A stretch of 64,000 nucleotides of DNA from assembly GCA_015068065.1 (NCBI GenBank), contig SVLE01000001.1:3428-67427 (forward strand). The letters are read 5' to 3'. Positions 56,732-64,000 of this stretch are shown piece after piece. The notes beneath the pieces are model-generated. The model saw only the letters and a program-made list of their open reading frames with translations. It had not been told where the DNA came from and did not search any database. The stretch's first letter is position 1. Every line of letters starts with the position of its first letter. The DNA comes from Oscillospiraceae bacterium (GTDB lineage: Bacteria > Bacillota > Clostridia > Oscillospirales > Oscillospiraceae). The position numbers and the translations under genes are program-made.

Positions 56732-59700
56732 ATGAAGAGAAAGCACACACTTCGCAACCTGCTTTCCATGGTGTGCGTCATCGCGATGATCATCTCGATG
56801 GTGCCCGTCCTGCCTGCCATGGCAGCCGAAACCGTGGGAAGCGCTCAGGCCGGTGGCGTGATCGACTTCGTTGACGCGAACGAGATCGTGAACACCGAGG
56901 CGGTCGCCATTACCGCCGGTATGGGCCTGTTTGCCGGTACTACCGAGGGTAAGTTCGACCCCGCCGGTACCGTCACCCGCGCCCAGATGGCCACTATCAT
57001 CGTCAAGATGCTGCGTGGCAACGACTTTAATGCAGACAACTTTAAGGGCATTAACAAGTTCTCCGACACCGCTTCCTTTGAGGGCGGCTGGGCCGAGGGC
57101 TACATCAACGCCTGCGTGCAGATGGGCGTCGTTGCCGGTTACGGCGACGGCACCTTCAAGCCCGGCCAGGCTGTCACCACCGCCGAGGCGCTGACCATGA
57201 TCATCAACGCCCTGAAGGTGGACGCCGGTCAGGGCCAGTGGCCCACCACCATCATGGCCAAGGCTCAGGAGATGAAGCTGTACGGCGACCTGGCTGTCAA
57301 GCCCGGCACCTACGACGCCCTGACCCGCGACCAGCTGGCTGTTCTGGCTTACGAGGGCCTGTGCTACAGCCCCTCCAACGTGAGCGGATATAAGGTTCCC
57401 AATTCCGACATCGTCTTCAAGGACATCGCTGACGCTCTGAAGGTCTGCGGCGATCCCAGCCTGATCACCGAAGTGGTGGGCGAGGACGCTCTGGCCAACA
57501 AGATCTACGAGCTGAAGGTGTTCGAGGGCTTTGTCACTGCCAACCAGGCTACCGGCGACAACGCGTTCACCACCGTTACCGCCTATAACGCCGACGGCAG
57601 AACCGCTCCCGTCTCCATGGACTTCAACATGGTTACCGAGCTGGCTGAGATCGGCCACTATGTGACCGTCTACTACCGCGACGAGTACAAGAACGATACC
57701 GAGCCCGGCGTCGTCTACAACTACGTGGACGAGACCCAGGTCGTTGTCGTGTCCGAGGACATCACCTCCTCCAAGGAGTACAAGGAAGTCTTTGGCAAGA
57801 CCACCAAGGAAGCTGCTCTGATCAGCGGCAGCGACGCTGTCCTGCTGATCGCCGGCAACTACACCACCAGCGTGACCGACAACTCCACCCGCGGCTCCAT
57901 CACCGGTTACACCGAGGGTACTGCCGCTAAGGAAGGTACTTACCTGGTCGACGACGGCGTGGTCAAGGCCTACATGGCTCCCGTTCCCGTCGTTGCTTCC
58001 AAGGTTCTGTCCGTGAACAACTACGAGGACAACGAGTCCATCGAGCTCAGCGGCGTGAACACCCAGATCGCCAACAACGCGGATAACGACTGCATCCGCG
58101 AGTACGTTGGCATCGCCAAGGGCGACTACGTCACCTACACCGTGGTGGGCACCGGCGCCAACGCCATCTACGTGCTGACCAAGGCCGAGGCCGTCACCGG
58201 CTACGTGGCCAAGACCTCCGTCAACAAGGACAACGAGAATGTTGTGACCATCAACGGCACCGACTACGTGCAGTTCGGCGGTACCAACAACGCCTTCCAG
58301 AACCAGGCTGCCATCAACTACACCGAGGAATACACCGTCTACGTCACTGCTGACGGCAAGTACCTGGGTTGGGAGCAGGCCACCGGCGGCGCCAACCTGG
58401 ATGACACCGTGTTCATCCTGGGTGAGCTGACCGTGGTCGTGGACGACGGCTACGGCGGCAAGGTCCGTAAGACCACCGCTCGCGGCGTTGACATGAATGG
58501 TAACGAGGTCAACCTGCTGCTGAAGATCGAGAAGAACGGCACCGTGGAAGACGGCGTCTTCTTCCCCTCTGTCGTTGCCGGTGACAACATCTCCGATCCC
58601 AACTATGCTCCCGTGGCCGGCAACGCTTTCTATGTTGCCAAGGAGTCCAAGGACAAGGACGCCCAGAAGGAGAGCATCTATGTTCTGACTCCCTACACCA
58701 ACAGCTACGACAAGGACACCGCTCCTCTGTACACCGCTTCCCGTACCGTGGCTAACAACACCGCCTACGGCTTCACCAACCTGAGCCTGAACGACAAGCG
58801 TACCTGGACCACCAGTGCCGTGTTCATGCTGCTGGAGGGCACCGTGGATCAGCCCACCGCCCTGACTCCCATCATCAAGAACACCTGGGATGTCACCATC
58901 AACAACACCGGTTCCACCATGTACCACTACTACCTGCTCAGCCGCGACGCCAGCGACGAGCAGCAGATCGAAGTGGCCGTGATGGTGGTTTCCCAGAATA
59001 TCGACGCCGCCACCGAGTCCTTCCCCGTCTACGTCTCTGAGGACGCCCGTAAGCCCGTGGGTACCGATGCCAACGGCTACGTCTTCGAGGTGTACGACAT
59101 CGCCACCGGTGAGAAGAAGAACATCACCCTGAAGACCACCGACGCTCTGCTGAACCAGAACGGCGAGTTCCCCTCCGTCGGCTTCTGGAACACCATTGTT
59201 GAGCAGGGCAGCGTCTGCAGCGTGCTGGCCAACAAGATTCCTGACTCCACCGCTACCTCCGGTACCGCCAGCAACACCACTGCCGGCGACGGTCTGTACT
59301 ATGAGGACATCCATCACAATGAGGAGCTGCTGGAAATCGCCGGCGGCGAGATGTACACCACCGGTGTGCAGCGTGTGCAGAAGTACACCCAGGGCATCGT
59401 TGTGGACACCCGCTCCGAGGATGTGATCACCGCGTTCGGCATTGGCAAGATCGACAGCGTTGACCGCATTGCCACCCTGCTTGCCAATAACGAGAACCTG
59501 ACCATCACCTTCGACATGTGCTTCTCCACCAAGAACCATGCTCTGCAGACCCTCTTCATCCGCGACGTGTACTACAGCGGCCAGGAGGGCGGCGCCGAGA
59601 TCAAGAATGTCAACGGCGTCTACTATCTGGACGGCCGCGAGGTTTCCAGCGCCGTGGTCATCACCGATGCCACCGGCACCGGCGTTCTGACCGGCACCAC

Positions 59701-61891
59701 CGCTGACAAGCTGAACCTGCTGAGCACCAACGTTGCCAACGGCTATATCGTGGACCTGGGCTACACCCTGACCAACGGCAAGGTGGGCACCATTACCCTG
59801 AACTCCATGATGAAGCCCGGCACTATCTGGGAGGAGACCTTCGACACCTACGCCAACGGCAGCAAGTACGATTACACTGCTGAGGGTGCTACTCTGGTGC
59901 CTTGGGCTGCTGCCAACATGAAGGGTACCAACTCCTTTGATATCGTGGACGGCGTGCTGAAGGTTTCCGCCACCGGCGCCACCGCCGAGACCCGTTCCTG
60001 GCTGAAGTCCAGCAAGGCCGACTTCAACGATTCCTATACCATCGAGATCCGCTTCAAGCAGGACGCTCCTTCCAGCACCATGGCCGTCACCAGCTATCTG
60101 CGCTTCCCCGGCCTGAACATCAACGGCGAATCCGGTGACATGCAGATCCGCTTCATGAAGGACGGCACCTTCAAGATCTTTGCTGATCTGACCAAGGACT
60201 ATGTCCACGACTTCGCTAATAAGGTGGACTACACTCAGTGGCACGTGATCAAGATCCACGTGTCTGAGCCTATTCCCGATTCCCCCGACACCGCCTTCAC
60301 CATCGAGCTGTATGACGATGCCGGCCGCATGATCGAGTCTCATGTCGTGGCCAAGGGCGGAGACGTCACCAGCGTGCAGTCCGCGGCCAACGCCATCTCC
60401 TTCGAGACCTACTCCAGCGCCGGTAAGACCGAGGTTGCCTACTGGGATTACATCAAGGTCAAGACCTTCGAGCTGGGCGCCAGCAGCGAAGTCGTCACCT
60501 ACGACGTGACCTACGAGGATGTGTACGAGGGCGGTCTGCTGTCCGCCGACGTGGCCGAGGCTGCTGAGGGCGACACCGTCACCTTCACCACCACCGCCAA
60601 GAAGGGCTACAAGCTGAACAAGCTGCTGGTCAACGGCACCGACATTCTGGTTACCAACAGCAACCTGAACACCGTGATCGAGACCCAGTACACCATGCCC
60701 GCCGCCGATATCGAGGTTGAGGCTGAGTTCGTCAAGGTCGCTTCCTCTGCTGTCACCATCCCTGCCAATGACAAGGGTGTTGTCACCGTCACCGTCAACG
60801 GCCAGCCCGTGAACAGCGGCGACCTGATCCTGGAAGGCACTCAGCTGACCATCTCCGTCACCACCAACGATCCCGTGAACTGGATGCTGAAGAGCATCAA
60901 CGTCAACAGTAACGTGCTGGCTGAGAAGACCGACACCGCCATCTACGTGATGCCCGCCGAGCCCGTGGAGATCACCGGCGTGTTCGACCAGATCATCTAC
61001 TGCGACGTGGCTGTGAAGACCGGCATCATTGACGGTACCATCTTTCTGAGCCCCTCCGGCAACGACATCCCCTACGGCACCGAGATCACCGTCGTCGCCA
61101 CTCCCAAGGCCGGCTTCGAGCTTGCCAAGCTGTACGTGAACGGCGTGGAGTCCGCTGACAAGACCAAGTTCACCCTGGTCGAGGACTGCGTGGTTGATGC
61201 TGTGTTCTGGCCCGTTGGCTCTCTGTACTATGAGAGCTTTGACGGCTACACCAACGGTGCTGCCTATACCGCCGGTTCCGCCTACAGCACTGCTTACGGC
61301 GCTCCCACCATCTTCTATGAGTATCCCGACAAGAATAACTACGCTCTGACCACCGATGTTGTGGACGGCGCTACCGTTCTGACTGCAAAGGCTACCGCCT
61401 ACAACAACAACGCCCTGCAGCTCAACTGGAAGTCTTCCGGCAACTACGTGATCGAGGCCCGCGTCAAGATGGTTGACAACCAGTGGACGGTCCTTCAGGA
61501 CACCAGCATCTGGTCCTCCAAGAAGGATAGCACTGCCACCACTACGGCCAAATACATGCTGTACTGCGGTCCTACCCAGAACCTCCAGATTTATCGTGCT
61601 TCCAGCGCCGGCGGCAGAGACACTGCCCTGCTGTCCACCTCCAACTTCAAGCCCTACTGCCAGAACAAGTGGCTGACCTGGAAGGTGACTGTGGACGCCA
61701 CCAACAACACCGTGAAGACGGAGATTCTTGACGAGAACAATGCTCTGATCAAGGACTTCGTGTGGGACAGCACCACTGTGGATAACCTTAGCTTCAAGTC
61801 CGGCTTCATCGGCTTCGACGTCCGTTCCAAGAGCGGCACCACCGATCCCGGTACCATGCTGATCGACTACGTGAAGGTTACCAAGCTGTAA
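56732..61891 (+). CDS. S-layer / SLH-domain surface protein (1719 aa) with C-terminal beta-sandwich and repeat modules
   Basis: Signal peptide (PAMA-AE); three SLH repeats (GKFDPAGTVTRAQ, GYGDGTFKPGQAVTTAE, LTRDQ); T/V/G/N/D-rich core; very strong C-ending codon bias. Confidence 0.9.
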   Translation: MKRKHTLRNLLSMVCVIAMIISMVPVLPAMAAETVGSAQAGGVIDFVDANEIVNTEAVAITAGMGLFAGTTEGKFDPAGTVTRAQMATIIVKMLRGNDFNADNFKGINKFSDTASFEGGWAEGYINACVQMGVVAGYGDGTFKPGQAVTTAEALTMIINALKVDAGQGQWPTTIMAKAQEMKLYGDLAVKPGTYDALTRDQLAVLAYEGLCYSPSNVSGYKVPNSDIVFKDIADALKVCGDPSLITEVVGEDALANKIYELKVFEGFVTANQATGDNAFTTVTAYNADGRTAPVSMDFNMVTELAEIGHYVTVYYRDEYKNDTEPGVVYNYVDETQVVVVSEDITSSKEYKEVFGKTTKEAALISGSDAVLLIAGNYTTSVTDNSTRGSITGYTEGTAAKEGTYLVDDGVVKAYMAPVPVVASKVLSVNNYEDNESIELSGVNTQIANNADNDCIREYVGIAKGDYVTYTVVGTGANAIYVLTKAEAVTGYVAKTSVNKDNENVVTINGTDYVQFGGTNNAFQNQAAINYTEEYTVYVTADGKYLGWEQATGGANLDDTVFILGELTVVVDDGYGGKVRKTTARGVDMNGNEVNLLLKIEKNGTVEDGVFFPSVVAGDNISDPNYAPVAGNAFYVAKESKDKDAQKESIYVLTPYTNSYDKDTAPLYTASRTVANNTAYGFTNLSLNDKRTWTTSAVFMLLEGTVDQPTALTPIIKNTWDVTINNTGSTMYHYYLLSRDASDEQQIEVAVMVVSQNIDAATESFPVYVSEDARKPVGTDANGYVFEVYDIATGEKKNITLKTTDALLNQNGEFPSVGFWNTIVEQGSVCSVLANKIPDSTATSGTASNTTAGDGLYYEDIHHNEELLEIAGGEMYTTGVQRVQKYTQGIVVDTRSEDVITAFGIGKIDSVDRIATLLANNENLTITFDMCFSTKNHALQTLFIRDVYYSGQEGGAEIKNVNGVYYLDGREVSSAVVITDATGTGVLTGTTADKLNLLSTNVANGYIVDLGYTLTNGKVGTITLNSMMKPGTIWEETFDTYANGSKYDYTAEGATLVPWAAANMKGTNSFDIVDGVLKVSATGATAETRSWLKSSKADFNDSYTIEIRFKQDAPSSTMAVTSYLRFPGLNINGESGDMQIRFMKDGTFKIFADLTKDYVHDFANKVDYTQWHVIKIHVSEPIPDSPDTAFTIELYDDAGRMIESHVVAKGGDVTSVQSAANAISFETYSSAGKTEVAYWDYIKVKTFELGASSEVVTYDVTYEDVYEGGLLSADVAEAAEGDTVTFTTTAKKGYKLNKLLVNGTDILVTNSNLNTVIETQYTMPAADIEVEAEFVKVASSAVTIPANDKGVVTVTVNGQPVNSGDLILEGTQLTISVTTNDPVNWMLKSINVNSNVLAEKTDTAIYVMPAEPVEITGVFDQIIYCDVAVKTGIIDGTIFLSPSGNDIPYGTEITVVATPKAGFELAKLYVNGVESADKTKFTLVEDCVVDAVFWPVGSLYYESFDGYTNGAAYTAGSAYSTAYGAPTIFYEYPDKNNYALTTDVVDGATVLTAKATAYNNNALQLNWKSSGNYVIEARVKMVDNQWTVLQDTSIWSSKKDSTATTTAKYMLYCGPTQNLQIYRASSAGGRDTALLSTSNFKPYCQNKWLTWKVTVDATNNTVKTEILDENNALIKDFVWDSTTVDNLSFKSGFIGFDVRSKSGTTDPGTMLIDYVKVTKL

Positions 61892-61930
61892 TCGCGTTTC
61901 CCCCAAAAAACTGAATCTCTGATTTAAGTT

Positions 61931-61968
61931 CAGCGCCCGCTTCCTCGGAAGCGGGCGCTGTTTTTTTT
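61931..61968 (+). terminator. Intrinsic terminator
   Basis: CAGCGCCCGCTTCC-tc-GGAAGCGGGCGCTG followed by T8. Confidence 0.9.
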
Positions 61969-62032
61969 GGACACAGTTCAAAAACATACAAAATAGGGCT
62001 GTATATCCAATGAAATTTCTGGTAAAATAAAC

Positions 62033-62061
62033 TTGCATGTTTTATGGTTTTGCGCTACAAT
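62033..62061 (+). promoter_or_regulatory. SigmaA promoter of the V/A-ATPase operon
   Basis: TTGCAT-N17-TACAAT in an AT-rich intergenic region. Confidence 0.6.
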
Positions 62062-62145
62062 AAATAAAGTTAAAAATTTAACATTCGAAGACGACAGACC
62101 GGAAAAACCGGTTCGCAGTCTTATAACAGGAAAGGGGGATGGACC

Positions 62146-62460
62146 ATGGCAATGGAAGCCATCCGACAGGTAACCCAAACGGAACAGGAGGGGCAGCGTC
62201 TGCGGGACGAGGCTGCCGCCGCAGCCCGGCAGACGCTGGCACAGGCCGAGCGTGAAGGCAAGGCCGCCCTGGAAGAGGCCCGCAAGGCTGCCGGGGAACA
62301 GGCCAAGGAGCTGCTGGCCGACGCGGAGAAGCAGGCGGCCAAAAGCACCGAGCGCGCCATCGACGAAGCCCGGCAGGATTGTGACGAGCTGATCCGTGCG
62401 GCCAGGGCGCGGCTGGACAAGGCTGCTTCATTTATCGTAGAAAGGGTCGTGAACGAGTAA
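62146..62460 (+). CDS. V/A-type ATP synthase peripheral stalk subunit G/H
   Basis: 104-aa Ala/Glu coiled coil ending FIVERVV, directly before subunit I. Confidence 0.8.
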   Translation: MAMEAIRQVTQTEQEGQRLRDEAAAAARQTLAQAEREGKAALEEARKAAGEQAKELLADAEKQAAKSTERAIDEARQDCDELIRAARARLDKAASFIVERVVNE

Positions 62461-64000
62461 TGTCCATCGTCAAAATGAAGCATTTGCGCCTGATGGGGCT
62501 GGGGCAGGACCGGGAGGAACTGCTGCGCCTTCTCCAGCGCATGGGCTGCGTGGAGATCGATGAGCCGGACGTGGACCGCTCTGACCCGGAATGGGCCGGG
62601 GTGAGTAGACCGGATGGGACCGCCCTTACCCGGGCTATGGAGCGCAGGGGAGAGGCGGAACGTGCTCTTGCCGCCCTGAAGCGATATGCCCCGGAAAAGG
62701 AAGGACGGCGCAGTACGCTCACCGAGCAGGAACTGTTTGATCCCGACCGACTGGCCCGGGGAGAACAGGCTGCCCGATCGGTTCTGGAGACGGAACGCAC
62801 CCTTGCCGCCCTGCGCGTGCAGCGGGAAAAACTGCAGGGAGAGCTGGAAGAGCTGTCACCGTGGCTTGGGCTGGACGTTCCGCTGGACACCCCCTCCACC
62901 CGTGAGGTGACGGTGCAGTTTGGCACTCTGCCCGCAGCGGTGGAGCTGAGCGAGGCTGAGGGGCGTCTGCCGCCGGAGGCCGGGCTTGCCCACGCGGGAA
63001 GCGACGCCGAACACCATTATGCGCTGCTTATGCATCACAACAGCGTCCGGGAGGACGTTTCCGCCGCCCTGAAGGAGCTGGGCTGGGTCAAGGCTCAGAC
63101 CCGGAATTGGACGGGGACAGCCCTTGAGAACGACCGACGCATCCGGGCGGAACTGAAGGTACTGGAAGAAAACATTGACTGCACGCAGGATGAGCTGACC
63201 GCCCTGGGCGCGGCCCGGGCCGATCTGCAGGGACTGGCGGACCGCTCCACCGTAGAAGTGCTCCGGGAGGAGGGCGCAAGCCGTCTGCTGGACACCCAGA
63301 ACACCTTCTTCCTGGAAGGTTGGGTGCCCAAGGACAGCTGGAATGCGGTGAGCCAGGCCCTCGGGGGCTTCGCCTGTGCCTTTGAGCTGACCGACCCCCC
63401 CCCGGAGGACTATGAAAAAGTCCCCGTCAAGCTGAAAAACAACTGGTTTACCAAGCCGCTGAATATGGTTACGGAGATGTATGTCTACCCGGCCTATGAC
63501 GGGTTGGACCCCAACCCGTTCATGGCCCCCTTCTTCATCCTGTTCTTCGGACTGATGATGGCGGATATGGCTTATGGCCTGCTGATGCTGCTGGGCGGCT
63601 GGTATCTGCTCAAGAAGCTGCACGCCACGGGCACCATGGGCCATATGGGCGGACTGCTGGTTCTGTGCGGCGTGTCTACATTAATTTTCGGCGCGCTGAC
63701 AGGCGGTTTCTTTGGTGACTTTATTCCTCAGCTTGCCAAGCTGATCGATCCCACAAGCAACGTGCAGCTGCCCTATCTGTTCACACCGCTGACGGATACG
63801 CTGGCCATTCTGGTTGGTTCGCTGGCGCTGGGTGTAATCCAGATCATCACCGGTATGGCCATCAGTGTGGTCTACAAGTGCCGCAACGGTGAGTGGGTGG
63901 ACGCCCTTTGGAACGAGATCACTTGGTGGATCGTTCTGGCAGGAGCGGCGCTGGCTATATTAGGCATCGGAAACGTGGGTGGTTACCCGGTGGTGCTGTT
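62460..64000 (+). CDS. ntpI: V/A-type ATP synthase subunit I (3' truncated by window; absent from ORF track)
   Basis: MSIVKMKHLRLMG..., LEGWVP, VPVKLKN, DPNPFMAPFFILFFGLMMADMAYG. Confidence 0.9.
   Translation, partial: MSIVKMKHLRLMGLGQDREELLRLLQRMGCVEIDEPDVDRSDPEWAGVSRPDGTALTRAMERRGEAERALAALKRYAPEKEGRRSTLTEQELFDPDRLARGEQAARSVLETERTLAALRVQREKLQGELEELSPWLGLDVPLDTPSTREVTVQFGTLPAAVELSEAEGRLPPEAGLAHAGSDAEHHYALLMHHNSVREDVSAALKELGWVKAQTRNWTGTALENDRRIRAELKVLEENIDCTQDELTALGAARADLQGLADRSTVEVLREEGASRLLDTQNTFFLEGWVPKDSWNAVSQALGGFACAFELTDPPPEDYEKVPVKLKNNWFTKPLNMVTEMYVYPAYDGLDPNPFMAPFFILFFGLMMADMAYGLLMLLGGWYLLKKLHATGTMGHMGGLLVLCGVSTLIFGALTGGFFGDFIPQLAKLIDPTSNVQLPYLFTPLTDTLAILVGSLALGVIQIITGMAISVVYKCRNGEWVDALWNEITWWIVLAGAALAILGIGNVGGYPVVL

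Noticed and set aside
62022-62035. 14-mer GTAAAATAAACTTG identical to 40099-40112
   Set aside because: Both are AT-rich sequence running into a TTG -35. Some 14-mer matches are expected by chance in 64 kb, and the palindromic right half is not kept here
56714-62038. 1774-aa antisense ORF spanning the SLH gene
   Set aside because: Shadow frame: the sense gene avoids TTA/CTA/TCA codons, so the antiparallel frame lacks stops; no motifs or RBS
1-64000. CRISPR arrays, tRNA/rRNA, IS or integrase genes, prophage, defence systems, retroelements
   Set aside because: No regularly spaced repeats, cloverleafs, recombinase, reverse transcriptase or nuclease motifs were seen; the inverted repeats found are explained as terminators or operators

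Overview
A gene-dense, mostly + strand chromosomal window from a GC-rich, spore-forming Bacillota (Clostridia). Gene content and codon style suggest Oscillospiraceae, which is an inference. It contains housekeeping and salvage genes (pncB 3' end, mnmA, thiI, cinA, greA-like, bioY, azlCD, thiT, and a thiXYZ-type ABC system, with two TPP riboswitches), sporulation genes (spoIID, bofA, yaaL), a But-like CoA-transferase, a shikimate/Phe operon (aroF-B-A-C-pheA-aroK-Q-E plus a YmfI-like SDR), a 1719-aa SLH surface protein and the start of a V/A-type ATPase operon. An accessory block (about 5.8-28 kb) holds a sugar-utilisation cluster with two tandem divergent NagA-like amidohydrolases, a two-component system next to an amino-acid permease/amidase pair, and an ABC-exported glycan locus with a GT8-GT2-TupA-like ATP-grasp fusion. 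The best signal is an unannotated 33-codon leader peptide rich in Phe/Trp/Tyr (47207-47308) upstream of aroF. Its stop codon lies inside an antiterminator arm that competes with an intrinsic terminator, the layout of ribosome-mediated attenuation, in a lineage where T-boxes are expected. Second is a SARP-geometry direct repeat linking the REC-SARP response regulator to the permease-amidase operon. No tRNA, rRNA, CRISPR array, transposase or phage gene was seen. All calls come from reading motifs by eye; no searches were run.
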